Part shown: one piece after another, positions 26,104 through 36,201 of the stretch | Position numbering within the stretch: position 1 is the stretch's first letter | Layout: every line of letters begins with the position of its first letter | Assembly: GCA_002327235.1 (NCBI GenBank) | Contig: DCUX01000008.1 | Location: 62,845 to 126,844 of the forward strand | Reading direction: 5' to 3' | Source: Firmicutes bacterium UBA2203 | GTDB lineage: Bacteria > Bacillota > Desulfotomaculia > Desulfotomaculales > Nap2-2B | Length of the DNA stretch: 64,000 nt | The notes under the pieces: generated by a model | What the model was told of the DNA's origin: nothing | Databases searched by the model: none | Seen by the model: only the letters and a program-made list of their open reading frames with translations | Program-made: the position numbers and the translations under genes

Positions 26104-27174
26104 ATGCGGGTAGCCATGTATTACCATAACCAGGATGTGCGGATAGAGGAAAGACCCGTACCAGAAATTAGCGCAGGGGAACTGCTGGTGCGCCTGGAAG
26201 CCAGCGGCATTTGCGGCAGCGACGTAATGGAATGGTACCGCCGCCCCAAAGCGCCCCTCGTATTAGGCCACGAAATTGCCGGAGAAATTGTGGCAGTGGG
26301 AGAGGGGGCATACTCGAAATTCGAAACTGGAACCTCGAGTCTCGAACCTCAAGAACGCCAGTTTAAAGAGGGAGACCGGGTTGTAATAGCCCACCATGTT
26401 CCTTGCAATACTTGTTATTACTGTTTAAACGACCGGCATACCGCTTGTGATACTTTACGCCACACAAAACTCGACCCGGGCGGCTTTGCTGAATATGTCC
26501 GGGTGCCGGCTATTAACGTAGACCGGGGTGTATTTTTGCTGTCTGATTCAATCTCCTTTGAAGAGGCAACTTTTGTTGAACCTCTTGCCTGTGTCTTACG
26601 CGGTCAAAGATTGGCCCGCCTGCAACCGGGAAACAGCGTTTTAGTTATGGGCAGTGGCATGGCCGGACAAATTCATATTAAACTAGCCCGGGCTTTAGGG
26701 GCAGGACATATTATGGCCACTGATATAATAGATTACCGCTTAAAAATGGCCCGTTCCTCAGGAGCTGATTTTTCTATCCAAGCCACCCAGGATTTACCAC
26801 TGTATATCCGCCAGGTTAACCACGGCCGCTTGGCCGATTTAGTTATTATTTGTACCGGGGCGGAAGGCGCTATAAACCAGGCTCTTTCAGCGGTGGAGCA
26901 AGGAGGAACAATTCTTCTTTTTGCCCCGTCAAACCCGGATACAACCATACCATTGCCGGTAAATGACTTCTTCTGGAAGGGAGTAACTATGACTACTTCT
27001 TACGCGGGCAGTCCGGCTGATTACGCTGCGGCCTTAGGATTAATCCGGGCCGGTAATATCCAGGTTAAAGACCTCATTACCCACCGTTTGGGTTTAGCCG
27101 AAACAGAGCTTGGTTTTAAGCTGGTTGCCGAAGCCAAACATTCTATGAAAGTTATTATTGAATGCCAAAGATAA
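26104..27174 (+). CDS. Zinc-dependent medium-chain alcohol/polyol dehydrogenase
   Basis: GICGSDV, GHEIAGEIV, structural-Zn CNTCYYCLNDRHTAC, and Rossmann GSGMAGQ. Confidence 0.85.
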   Translation: MRVAMYYHNQDVRIEERPVPEISAGELLVRLEASGICGSDVMEWYRRPKAPLVLGHEIAGEIVAVGEGAYSKFETGTSSLEPQERQFKEGDRVVIAHHVPCNTCYYCLNDRHTACDTLRHTKLDPGGFAEYVRVPAINVDRGVFLLSDSISFEEATFVEPLACVLRGQRLARLQPGNSVLVMGSGMAGQIHIKLARALGAGHIMATDIIDYRLKMARSSGADFSIQATQDLPLYIRQVNHGRLADLVIICTGAEGAINQALSAVEQGGTILLFAPSNPDTTIPLPVNDFFWKGVTMTTSYAGSPADYAAALGLIRAGNIQVKDLITHRLGLAETELGFKLVAEAKHSMKVIIECQR

Positions 27175-27213
27175 TTTTACAGAAATAAAATATGATACTA
27201 CGGGGGAAAATTA

Positions 27214-28536
27214 ATGGCTAAAATATTAATCCAAGGCGGCACAGTAGTTACGATGGAAGAAGAAGAAGAAGAAGATCGTTTAACGGTAATTGAAAACGGG
27301 GAGGTGGCGGTTGCCGGACCCTGGATTACCCATGTAGGCCGTGCTGGTACTGCCCCCGCCGACTTTAAGCCGGACAAAGAAATTAACGCGGCCGGAATGG
27401 CGGTTCTTCCCGGCCTGGTAAACGCTCATACGCACGCCGCCATGACCCTTTTCCGGGGTTACGCGGATGACCTGCCTTTAATGGAGTGGCTGAAAGAAAA
27501 AATTTGGCCCTTGGAAGCTAAGCTTACTAAGGACGATATATACTGGGGAACATTGTTATGCGGCTTGGAGATGATAAAATCTGGCACCACTACTTTTGCC
27601 GATATGTATTTTCACATGAACCAGGTGGCGCAAGCCGTGGAAAAAATAGGAATGCGCGCCAGCTTATCCTGGGGGTTAATTGAGTCACCCCCCAGTTCCA
27701 CCGTAGGTTTAACTTTAAGCCAACGTTTTGCCCACAAATGGCACGGCGCCGCCAATAACCGGATTACGGTGATGTTGGGCCCTCATGCCCCTTATACCTG
27801 TACGCCCGACTTTTTAAAAAAAGTAATTAAACTAGCCCAAAAATTAAAAATTGGGATTCACATTCATTTAGCGGAAACAGCCCAGGAAATAGAGGACATT
27901 AAGCGGGATTACGGTATGACGCCGGTTCAGCTTATGAACGAAATTAAAATGTTTGAGGTTCCGGTCGTAGCCGCCCATTGCGTCCACTTGAACGAAGAAG
28001 ATATTGCCGTCTTAGCCGCTAAAAAAGTGGGGGTAGTTCATAATCCGGAAAGTAATATGAAGCTGGCCAGCGGGATAGCCCCGGTTAAAAAAATGTTAAC
28101 CGCCGGCTGCCTGGTTGGCCTGGGAACTGACGGGGCGGCCAGCAATAACAACCAAAACATGTGGGAAGAAATGCACAGTGCGGCCCTCCTGCAAAAAGTG
28201 GCCTGTAATGACCCTACGGCCCTGCCGGCTCACCAAACCTTTACTATAGCAACAGTTAACGGAGCAAAAGTGTTAGGGCTGGGCAAGGAAATTGGTCTTT
28301 TGAAGAAGGGTTATAAAGCAGATATAATTTTAGTCAACCTGCAAAAACCTCACCTTTATCCTCATCACGACCTGTTTGCCCACCTGGTTTACGCGGCCCA
28401 AGGGTCAGATGTGGAAACAGTAATTATAGACGGTCAGCTTATAATGGAAAACAGGCGGGTTTTAACCGTTGACGAAGAAGAAATACTTTTTGAAACCCAA
28501 AAACGCGCCGTAAGGCTGATAAAAAATACCCAATGA
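27214..28536 (+). CDS. mtaD: 5'-methylthioadenosine / S-adenosylhomocysteine (5'-deoxyadenosine) deaminase
   Basis: 440 aa amidohydrolase. LPGLVNAHTHAAMTLFRGYADDLPLMEWL is the MtaD/DadD signature. Confidence 0.8.
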   Translation: MAKILIQGGTVVTMEEEEEEDRLTVIENGEVAVAGPWITHVGRAGTAPADFKPDKEINAAGMAVLPGLVNAHTHAAMTLFRGYADDLPLMEWLKEKIWPLEAKLTKDDIYWGTLLCGLEMIKSGTTTFADMYFHMNQVAQAVEKIGMRASLSWGLIESPPSSTVGLTLSQRFAHKWHGAANNRITVMLGPHAPYTCTPDFLKKVIKLAQKLKIGIHIHLAETAQEIEDIKRDYGMTPVQLMNEIKMFEVPVVAAHCVHLNEEDIAVLAAKKVGVVHNPESNMKLASGIAPVKKMLTAGCLVGLGTDGAASNNNQNMWEEMHSAALLQKVACNDPTALPAHQTFTIATVNGAKVLGLGKEIGLLKKGYKADIILVNLQKPHLYPHHDLFAHLVYAAQGSDVETVIIDGQLIMENRRVLTVDEEEILFETQKRAVRLIKNTQ

Positions 28537-30254
28537 AAAATTATGAAATAGCCGCCATTTTTAAAGGTATTGCCAATATCCTGGAAATAAAAAACGAAAG
28601 CCCTTTTCGGGTCCGGGCTTACCAAAAAGCCGCCCGGAGTGTGGAAAATTTAACCGAGGATATTGCCTTAATTGCCCAACGCGGTGATTTAACCGCCATA
28701 CCGGGAATTGGCAAAGACCTGGCCCAAAAAATTAAGGAGGTTTTAACCACCGGCACTTTAAAAAAGTACGAGGAATTAAAAAAAGAAATACCCTCCGGTT
28801 TGGTTGAGTTTTTAAATATTCCAGGGGTTGGACCGCGTACCGCCAAAGAATTATACGAAAAACTCGGGGTAACAAGCTTAGAGGAACTGGAACGGCTGGC
28901 CCAAGAACAAAAGTTGCGAAACTTGCCGGGGATTAAAGCCAAAACCGAAGAAAATATTTTAAAAGGAATTACCTTGTTAAGGAAAGGAAGGGCGCGCTTT
29001 CCTTTAGGCAGTGTTTTACCTCAAGCTTTAAATATGGTTAAAATTTTAGGCCAGGAAGCCCCGGTAGAAAAAATTAGCCTGGCGGGCAGCACCAGGAGGT
29101 GGAAGGAAACGGTTAAGGATATTGACCTTTTAGTTTCTTCTCCTAAGCCCAAGGAAGTAATGTCATTTTATACCAGCCTACCTATCGTGGCCGAAGTGCT
29201 GGTAAGCGGGCCAACAAAAACAACCATCCGCACCAACGAAGGTCTCCAATGCGACCTAAGGGTAGTAGAGAAAGAAAGCTATGGAGCAGCCCTTTGTTAT
29301 TTCACGGGTTCTAAGGCCCACAATATCCGGCTACGGGAACTGGCGAACGGGCAGGGTTTAAATATTAATGAATACGGCGTCTTCAAGGAAGAAAGATTAC
29401 TTGGGGGTGCAACGGAGGAAGAGGTTTTTGCTGCCGTTGGCCTGCCTTTTATTCCGCCCGAGTTACGTGAGGACCGGGGGGAAATCGAAGCCGCCGCCTC
29501 AGGAAAACTACCCCGGTTAGTCGATCCCCAGGATATTAAAGGAGATTTTCATGTCCACTCAAAATATAGTGACGGAGCCAATACTATTGAGGAAATTGCC
29601 GCCAAGGCACGGCAAATGGGGCTGGAATGGGTGGCCATTTGCGACCATTCTCCCTCGCTAAGAATAGCTAGGGGGGTAGAAATAAATGCCCTGAAGGAAA
29701 AAATAGCCCAAATTAAGGCGTTTAACCAAAAAAGCCGGGACGTAAAGCTTTTATGCGGGGCCGAAGTGGATATTAACCTTGACGGAAACCTTGATTACCC
29801 GGACGAAGTATTAAAGGAACTTGACCTGGTAATTGCCGCGATCCATACCGGATTTAAACAAGATGAAGCTATCCAAACCAAACGGCTCCTTGCGGCGATT
29901 AATCATCCTTACGTGCATATTATTGCCCACCCTACGGGAAGGCTTTTAGGGGAACGGGAACCTTACCCTATAAATTTAGAACTTATATGCCGGGCCGCGG
30001 CCCAGGCAAAAAAGGCTCTGGAAATTAACGCCTATTATAAAAGGCTTGACCTTAATGACCTTACCTCACGAGCCGCGGCCGGCCACGGGGTTAAGCTTTG
30101 TATTGGGACTGACGCTCACGCCGTGGAGCAAATGGAATTTCTTCAATTGGGCTTACGCACGGCCAGAAGAGGTTGGCTGGAAGCAAAAGACGTGCTCAAT
30201 ACCCTTAGCTATCGTGACTTAACCACTTTTTTAGCTAAAAAAGAGGAGGTTTAA
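28533..30254 (+). CDS. polX: Family X DNA polymerase with C-terminal PHP domain
   Basis: 573 aa. HhH motifs (IPGIGKDLAQKI, IPGVGPRTAKEL) and PHP DFHVHSKYSDG. Confidence 0.9.
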   Translation: MKNYEIAAIFKGIANILEIKNESPFRVRAYQKAARSVENLTEDIALIAQRGDLTAIPGIGKDLAQKIKEVLTTGTLKKYEELKKEIPSGLVEFLNIPGVGPRTAKELYEKLGVTSLEELERLAQEQKLRNLPGIKAKTEENILKGITLLRKGRARFPLGSVLPQALNMVKILGQEAPVEKISLAGSTRRWKETVKDIDLLVSSPKPKEVMSFYTSLPIVAEVLVSGPTKTTIRTNEGLQCDLRVVEKESYGAALCYFTGSKAHNIRLRELANGQGLNINEYGVFKEERLLGGATEEEVFAAVGLPFIPPELREDRGEIEAAASGKLPRLVDPQDIKGDFHVHSKYSDGANTIEEIAAKARQMGLEWVAICDHSPSLRIARGVEINALKEKIAQIKAFNQKSRDVKLLCGAEVDINLDGNLDYPDEVLKELDLVIAAIHTGFKQDEAIQTKRLLAAINHPYVHIIAHPTGRLLGEREPYPINLELICRAAAQAKKALEINAYYKRLDLNDLTSRAAAGHGVKLCIGTDAHAVEQMEFLQLGLRTARRGWLEAKDVLNTLSYRDLTTFLAKKEEV

Positions 30255-30260
30255 TTAAGA

Positions 30261-30842
30261 TTGGAGCGAATAAAAAGTGCTTACGAAAAGGCCCTGGAAC
30301 GAGCAGAAAAAATTACGGTATCACCGGAACAACTGGAGATAATGGAATATGCCCCTAAAGGAAGCCAGGCCGCCAGTCAATATATGCGCGATAAAAGCTT
30401 TGCCTTAGAAGAAGAGTTTAAAAAATACGGAGAGAAAATTCAAAAATACTTAAGAGCAGGAGCCGAAGAAACTTTTCTAAGCAATATTCGTCTGCCGGAA
30501 AACGAGGCCGCCAAAGAAAATAACCAGCGGGCCTTTGAAGGAATCCTGACGCTTAAAAAAAATAAAAAGGCCGTAAGCCAGTTATTTGGAGAAATGGAGC
30601 ATTTATTTAATTATTACGCTAATGCCGTAAATCAAAATTACCAAAACTTAAAAGCAAATATGAATAAACGTTTTGCGGTTACCCGGCAAGCTTTGGAAAG
30701 ACAGTTAGGTACAAAAGTAGAAATTGAAATAGAAAAACAGCCCGAATTTTTGCAGGAATGGCGCAAAATATTAAATCAAATTAACGCCCAATACGAAGAC
30801 CATTTAAAAGAGCAAAAAGAAAAAGTTAGGCAAATTAACTAA
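30261..30842 (+). CDS. Hypothetical coiled-coil protein
   Basis: 193 aa, TTG start, highly charged helical sequence. No family recognised. Confidence 0.45.
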   Translation: MERIKSAYEKALERAEKITVSPEQLEIMEYAPKGSQAASQYMRDKSFALEEEFKKYGEKIQKYLRAGAEETFLSNIRLPENEAAKENNQRAFEGILTLKKNKKAVSQLFGEMEHLFNYYANAVNQNYQNLKANMNKRFAVTRQALERQLGTKVEIEIEKQPEFLQEWRKILNQINAQYEDHLKEQKEKVRQIN

Positions 30843-30868
30843 CGTTTATTAGGAAGGAGCAATCCATA

Positions 30869-32212
30869 ATGAACGCTTCCTTGTTAAAAGCAGCTGAATT
30901 TACCCTGGAAGAAGCAAAAAAAGCCGGGGCAAAAGAAGCGGAAGCTTACCTTAATGAGGCTTCTGAACTTACCATTGAAGTTAGAAATGATAAAATTGAA
31001 ACCATGAAGCTGGCCCGGGATAAAGGTTTAGGCTTAAGGGTTTCTATAGACGGGCGCACCGGGTTTGCTTTTTGCACTGAGCTATCTCCAGAGGTATTGC
31101 GTGAACTAACGCGTGAAGCTGTCGCTAACGCCGGCCAGACCAGCGCTGATTTAAATAACCTGCTTCCTGCAAAAGCGCCGGTTTATCCTTCTTTAGATTT
31201 ATACGACCCGGAAATTTGTAAGACTCCGGTGGAAGAAAAGGTTGAGCTTGCCCGGCGCCTGGAAAAAATAGCCCGGGCTTATGACGCGCGCGTTAAGATT
31301 ATAGAAAGCTCTACTTACCAGGATGAAGAATCAGAGACCCTTGTAGTAAACAGTTTAGGGGTAGCGGCGGCCTATAAAAGTGCTTCTTGCGGTCTTTTTT
31401 TAGCTGTAGTAGCGCAAGAGGCAGAGGACAATCAAACCGGTTTTGCTTTTGATTACCGTTTACGCTATAAAGACTTGAACACTCAAAAAGTGGGAGAAGA
31501 GGCCAGTCAACGCGCTTTAAGACTATTAGGCGCTAAACCAATTTCTACCCGAAAAGTAGCGGTGGTTTTAGAGCCTTACGTGACCATTGGATTTTTAGGT
31601 TTATTAGGGGCTTCTCTTTCCGCCGAGGCTGTCCAGAAAAAACGCTCCTTGCTTGCCGCTAAAATAAACCAAAGGGTAGTCGCACCAGAAGTCACCATTA
31701 TTGATGACGGTACTTTACCTGAGGGTATTGGTTCATGTCCTTTTGACGGGGAAGGCGTTCCCAGTCAACGCACCATATTAATTCAAAATGGCGTTTTGCA
31801 GGGTTTTTTGCACAACACCTATACGGCAGCCAAAGATGGGGTAGCTTCTACCGGCAATGGAATGCGGCCCTCCTTTAAAAGTACGCCGGAGGTAGGAACC
31901 ACTAATTTTTTTATGTCGGGCGGTCAACTTTCGCCAGACGAGCTAGTTAAAAATATTTCTGACGGCTTACTGGTAACCGAGGTTATTGGCATGCACACGG
32001 CAAACCCTATTTCAGGTGATTTTTCCGTCGGCGCCACGGGAATTCTTATTGAACACGGCCGGTTAACCCAACCCGTTAGGGGAATAACCATTGCTGGGAA
32101 TATCTTAGAATTTTTTAACCTGATAGATGGGATAGGAAATGACTTAACGTTTTTTGGCGGCCGCGGCGCGCCAACCATCAGGGTACGTGAGATGGCGGTT
32201 AGCGGCCTATGA
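30869..32212 (+). CDS. TldD/PmbA-family metalloprotease
   Basis: 447 aa. Overall PmbA-like layout including ..GLGLRV..GR.GFA.. and C-terminal ..[17 protein letters not shown]. Confidence 0.8.
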   Translation: MNASLLKAAEFTLEEAKKAGAKEAEAYLNEASELTIEVRNDKIETMKLARDKGLGLRVSIDGRTGFAFCTELSPEVLRELTREAVANAGQTSADLNNLLPAKAPVYPSLDLYDPEICKTPVEEKVELARRLEKIARAYDARVKIIESSTYQDEESETLVVNSLGVAAAYKSASCGLFLAVVAQEAEDNQTGFAFDYRLRYKDLNTQKVGEEASQRALRLLGAKPISTRKVAVVLEPYVTIGFLGLLGASLSAEAVQKKRSLLAAKINQRVVAPEVTIIDDGTLPEGIGSCPFDGEGVPSQRTILIQNGVLQGFLHNTYTAAKDGVASTGNGMRPSFKSTPEVGTTNFFMSGGQLSPDELVKNISDGLLVTEVIGMHTANPISGDFSVGATGILIEHGRLTQPVRGITIAGNILEFFNLIDGIGNDLTFFGGRGAPTIRVREMAVSGL

Positions 32213-32643
32213 AAATCCTGGTTTTACACGGTCCTAACTTAAACCTTTTAGGCAAGCGGGAGCCTGATGTATACGGTAAACTAACCCTGGCGGAAATTAA
32301 TGCCTCGCTAAGTACTCTGGCGCGTGAGCTTGGCGTAGAAGTAGTTTGTAAACAATCAAACTATGAAGGAGAGTTAATTGATCAACTTCACCAGGCGTCT
32401 GGTGAGTTTTCGGCGGTAATATTTAACCCGGGCGCCTTTACGCATTATAGCCTGGCTTTACGGGATGCGGTAGCCGCCGTGCCGCGGCCGGTTATTGAAG
32501 TTCACCTGTCAAATATTTATCGCCGGGAGGAGTTCCGGCAGCATTCCGTTATTGCTCCAGTCGCGGTTGGCCAAATCAGCGGTCTTGGAAAGATAAGCTA
32601 TTTACTGGCCTTAAGAGCGGCCGTGACGCTGGCTGGAGAGTAA
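32209..32643 (+). CDS. aroQ: Type II 3-dehydroquinate dehydratase
   Basis: [21 protein letters not shown] and [12 protein letters not shown] signatures. Confidence 0.9.
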   Translation: MKILVLHGPNLNLLGKREPDVYGKLTLAEINASLSTLARELGVEVVCKQSNYEGELIDQLHQASGEFSAVIFNPGAFTHYSLALRDAVAAVPRPVIEVHLSNIYRREEFRQHSVIAPVAVGQISGLGKISYLLALRAAVTLAGE

Positions 32644-32660
32644 GAACAAGGGGAGAAGAA

Positions 32661-33734
32661 ATGAACAATCGATGCGACCGGCTCCGGGAAAAATTAAAAC
32701 AGCATCACCTGAAAGCCGTATTAGTTATGCGCCCGGAAAATAGAAGATATTTGAGCGGGTTTACCGGTTCAAGCGGCGCCTTAATTATTACCGAAAAGGA
32801 AAAATACATTTTAGCCGATTTTCGTTACCTCACCCAGGTCAGGTCGGAATGTTCGGACTGGCAGGTTGTTCAGGTAAAAGAATCTTTATTTAGTGTTTTA
32901 AGTGAGTTTTTAGCGGAAATTAAAGTTAATGTTTTAGGTTGCGAAGGAGACTTTTTAACTTACCGGCAGTTTACTGACCTGCAAAATAAACTGGCCGGAC
33001 AAACCCTGATTCCTCTTTCGGAATTTGTTGAAGAGTTAAGAGAAGTAAAAGATGCGGCTGAAATTATAGCCTTAAAAAAGGCCGCCGCGATAACTACCCA
33101 GGCCTTTGATTATATTTTAAATCACCTTCGGGTGGGAAAAACTGAAAAAGAAATTTCCTTAGCTTTAGAATTTTTTATGCGCTCTGCCGGGGGCAGCGCC
33201 CCTGGTTTTGAGCTTATTGTTGCCTCCGGTCCCAATAGCGCCCGCCCGCACGGTACGGCCACCGAAAAACCGCTAAACAAAGGGGACCTGGTAGTAATTG
33301 ACCTTGGCTGCGGCTATAACGGCTACTACGCTGATTTTACCCGCACGGTTGTTTTAGGAGAGCCAACAGACCGGCAAAGAGAAATCTATCAGTTGGTCTT
33401 AAAAGCCCAAAGTGCCGGTCTTTCAGCTCTTAAAGGCGGGATTAGGGCCCGGGAAGTGGATAAGGAAGTACGGCAGGTAATTGAAGCCCGGGGCTGGGGG
33501 GAAAACTTTGGCCATAGTACGGGGCATGGGGTGGGCTTAGCCGTGCACGAAAACCCGGCCTTGGCCAAAGATAATGAAACTATCTTAAAACCAGGGATGG
33601 TAGTTACGGTAGAACCCGGCATTTACCTTCCGGACTGGGGCGGGGTCCGCATTGAGGATATGGTTTTGGTGGAAGAAGAGGGTTGCTGCCTTCTTACTTT
33701 AGCCCCAAAAGAATCCTTAATAATTTGTGGTTGA
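32661..33734 (+). CDS. M24-family Xaa-Pro aminopeptidase
   Basis: 357 aa. DLGCGYNGYYADFTRT and HSTGHGVGLAVHE metal-ligand motifs. The aroQ-pepP-efp order is as in Bacillus. Confidence 0.85.
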   Translation: MNNRCDRLREKLKQHHLKAVLVMRPENRRYLSGFTGSSGALIITEKEKYILADFRYLTQVRSECSDWQVVQVKESLFSVLSEFLAEIKVNVLGCEGDFLTYRQFTDLQNKLAGQTLIPLSEFVEELREVKDAAEIIALKKAAAITTQAFDYILNHLRVGKTEKEISLALEFFMRSAGGSAPGFELIVASGPNSARPHGTATEKPLNKGDLVVIDLGCGYNGYYADFTRTVVLGEPTDRQREIYQLVLKAQSAGLSALKGGIRAREVDKEVRQVIEARGWGENFGHSTGHGVGLAVHENPALAKDNETILKPGMVVTVEPGIYLPDWGGVRIEDMVLVEEEGCCLLTLAPKESLIICG

Positions 33735-33767
33735 GTTGAGGTTGAGTTTGAAATTTTGTAACTACTC

Positions 33768-33890
33768 AGGTTCAAAGGGGCAAAGGCACAGAGGCACAAA
33801 ATTTTTTGCTAGACTTGCAGCTCTCAATCCGTTTTCATTTCACTTTGGACCTTTGTGCCTTTGAACCTATATGCCATCCTGAATAGTTAC
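33768..33890 (+). mobile_element. MITE-like repeat, copy 1 (123 bp)
   Basis: Starts GTAACTACTCAGGTTCAAAGGGGCAAAGGCACAGAGGCACAAA and ends ..CTTTGTGCCTTTGAACC...CCTGAATAGTTAC (imperfect inverted arms). No ORF. Confidence 0.8.
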
Positions 33891-33919
33891 AATAATTATT
33901 ACGTTAGGGGGCAAGTTCA

Positions 33920-34477
33920 TTGATTTCAACCAATGACTTTCGAACCGGGTTAACTATTGAAGTGGATAACGATGCTTACCAGGTAATTGATTTTCAACAC
34001 GTAAAACCGGGAAAAGGGGCGGCTTTTGTGCGCTCTAAACTTAAGAATTTACGTACCGGAGCAGTGATAGAAAAAACCTTTAACGCCGGCGAAAAAGTGC
34101 CGCGGGCCCGTGTGGAGAGACGAGAGATGCAATACCTTTATTATGACGGAGCTAATTATAATTTTATGGACCTGGAAAATTATGACCAAATAACTTTAAC
34201 TGCTGAACAGATAGGAGAAGGGGTAAAATTTTTAAAAGAAAACATGACCATTATTCTCCTTTTGTTTCAAGGAAAATCCATTGGAGCAGACCTTCCCAAT
34301 TCTGTAGAGTTAAAAGTCATAGAAACAACCCCGGGAGTTAAAGGAGATACGGTAGCCGGGGGAACCAAGCCGGCCACTTTAGAAACCGGGGCCATAGTCC
34401 AGGTTCCTCTTTTTATTAACATAGGAGACGTACTGCAAATTGACACCCGGACAGGAGAATACCTTAAGCGGGCTTAG
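33920..34477 (+). CDS. efp: Elongation factor P
   Basis: 185 aa. [12 protein letters not shown] and [16 protein letters not shown] signatures. TTG start. Confidence 0.95.
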   Translation: MISTNDFRTGLTIEVDNDAYQVIDFQHVKPGKGAAFVRSKLKNLRTGAVIEKTFNAGEKVPRARVERREMQYLYYDGANYNFMDLENYDQITLTAEQIGEGVKFLKENMTIILLLFQGKSIGADLPNSVELKVIETTPGVKGDTVAGGTKPATLETGAIVQVPLFINIGDVLQIDTRTGEYLKRA

Positions 34478-34506
34478 GCTTAAAAGAAAGGCGCGTAAAA
34501 TAACCG

Positions 34507-34534
34507 GTAGGGGCGTATGGCTATACGCCCCTAC
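34507..34534. repeat. Palindrome GTAGGGGCGTAT-GGCT-ATACGCCCCTAC (GGGCGT palindrome family) downstream of efp
   Basis: 12-bp perfect arms. Same arms as the element inside the toxin gene at 13564-13593. Confidence 0.8.
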
Positions 34535-34622
34535 AAATTCTATGTCCTTTTTCTATGTCCTTTTTATAATTCTGATTCCAAATCCTGAATTTAAATTTAC
34601 AATTTAATACTTACATTATCAG

Positions 34623-34651
34623 GTATATATTTCCACGTCCCCCCATATTTA
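34623..34651 (+). promoter_or_regulatory. Possible sigma-E-type promoter of the spoIIIA operon
   Basis: GTATATA, 14 nt, then CATATTTA, which resembles the mother-cell sigma-E pattern (..ATA.. N14 CATACA.T). The match is weak. Confidence 0.3.
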
Positions 34652-34674
34652 TAGTGAATAAGGGGGGACAAACA

Positions 34675-35667
34675 GTGCCGGAAGAAAAATTATTTCCTAA
34701 TAATAAACCGGAGCCCTGGCAGGAAATATTACCGGTACTGCCGACCAACCTGCGCCGGTTAATTTCCGGTTTGCCCCAGCCGGTTTTAGCCCAACTGGAA
34801 GAAATTCGCTTGCGGCAGGACAGGCCTTTAATGGTGGGCCAAGCCCAAAACGATGCTTTCGTAAGCCCCGAAGGACAACTGTTAACGTTGCCCGCCGGGG
34901 CTTACCTGGTTTCGGGTGAGGACATCCAGCGCACGCTTCAACTGGTGAGCGGCGCCTCTTTTTACGCCCTGGAAGAGGAGCTGCGCAACGGCTACATTAC
35001 TTTGCCCGGCGGTCACCGGGTGGGCCTGGCGGGAAGAGCGGTGGTTGAGGGAGGGCAAATAAAAACCCTAAAAAACATCTTTTCCCTGAACATTAGAATT
35101 TCCCGGGAAGTAATTGGGGCCGCCACCCCGGTGCTTCCTTTCCTAGTTTGCCGTCAGGGAATTTGCCACACCATGCTTTTTTCACCCCCGCGCTGCGGCA
35201 AGACCACTTTGCTGCGTGATTTAATTCGGCAAATAAGCAATGGGGTACCAGATTTAAATCTGCCCGGCCTGACGGTAGGGGTGGTTGACGAGCGTTCAGA
35301 GTTGGCCGGCTGTTACCGGGGCGTACCGCAACGCGACCTTGGAGCCAGAACGGATGTGCTGGACGGTTGTCCCAAATCCAAAGGCATGATTATGTTGGTG
35401 CGGGCAATGGCTCCCCAGGTGGTGGCTACGGATGAAATTGGCCGTCAAGAAGATGTGGCGGCTTTAGAAGAAATTTTACACGCCGGAGTTAAGGTGTTGT
35501 TTACGGTACACGGGTCCTCGCTGGCGGAATTAGCCGGCCGGCCGGCTTTGGCTTATCTTTTCCGGCTTAACGTGGTGGAGCGTTTTGTCCTTTTAGGACG
35601 TTCGCGCGGCGCGGGAACTATTGAAGACATTCTTGACGGCAAAACCAAACGCTCACTTTGGAGGTAA
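34675..35667 (+). CDS. spoIIIAA: Stage III sporulation protein AA (ATPase)
   Basis: Walker A SPPRCGKTTLLRD, Walker B VVATDEIG. GTG 34675 follows an AAGGGGGGA SD. First gene of an 8-gene spoIIIA array. Confidence 0.9.
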   Translation: MPEEKLFPNNKPEPWQEILPVLPTNLRRLISGLPQPVLAQLEEIRLRQDRPLMVGQAQNDAFVSPEGQLLTLPAGAYLVSGEDIQRTLQLVSGASFYALEEELRNGYITLPGGHRVGLAGRAVVEGGQIKTLKNIFSLNIRISREVIGAATPVLPFLVCRQGICHTMLFSPPRCGKTTLLRDLIRQISNGVPDLNLPGLTVGVVDERSELAGCYRGVPQRDLGARTDVLDGCPKSKGMIMLVRAMAPQVVATDEIGRQEDVAALEEILHAGVKVLFTVHGSSLAELAGRPALAYLFRLNVVERFVLLGRSRGAGTIEDILDGKTKRSLWR

Positions 35668-35671
35668 GAAC

Positions 35672-36190
35672 ATGTTAAAAATGGCGGGTTGTCTTTTAAT
35701 CATGTCGGCGGGCAGTTTTGCCGGGATAAGCCTGGCTCGTAATTACGCCCGCCGTCCGGAAGAGTTGCGAAACTTGATTACGGCTTTACAAATGTTAGAA
35801 ACAGAAATTTCCTACACCGCCACTCCTTTGCCTGAAGCTTTAGGGCGTATAGCCGCCAGGTGCGATAAGTCAATTGCCCCTTTATTTTTCAAGGCCGGTG
35901 AGGAGCTTCGAGCTCAAACAGGTTGCACCGCCGGCGAAGCCTGGGAAACTGCTTTAAATAAATTTTACGCTATATCAAGCACCCTGCCCTCCGATTTGGC
36001 CATTTTGCGTAATTTAGGAACGGTCCTGGGTATTTCTAACGGCGAAGACCAGTGCAAACACCTGCGCCTGGCCAGGGAGCAATTAAAGGGGGAAGTAATC
36101 ACGGCGGAGCAGCAAGCGGCCAAATACGTTAAATTATGGAGTTACCTGGGCCTACTGGGTAGTTTGGCTTTAATACTGCTTTTATATTAA
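35672..36190 (+). CDS. spoIIIAB: Stage III sporulation protein AB
   Basis: Position and size (172 aa), N- and C-terminal TM helices. ATG 35672 follows GGAGGT. Confidence 0.8.
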   Translation: MLKMAGCLLIMSAGSFAGISLARNYARRPEELRNLITALQMLETEISYTATPLPEALGRIAARCDKSIAPLFFKAGEELRAQTGCTAGEAWETALNKFYAISSTLPSDLAILRNLGTVLGISNGEDQCKHLRLAREQLKGEVITAEQQAAKYVKLWSYLGLLGSLALILLLY

Positions 36191-36201
36191 GGAGGAAAAC
36201 A

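Noticed and set aside
27244-27275. GAA-repeat (MEEEEEED) in mtaD as a slippage or phase-variation tract
   Set aside because: It is an in-frame, short acidic run in a surface loop of an otherwise intact housekeeping enzyme. There is no evidence of frameshift potential, because the repeat unit is a trinucleotide.
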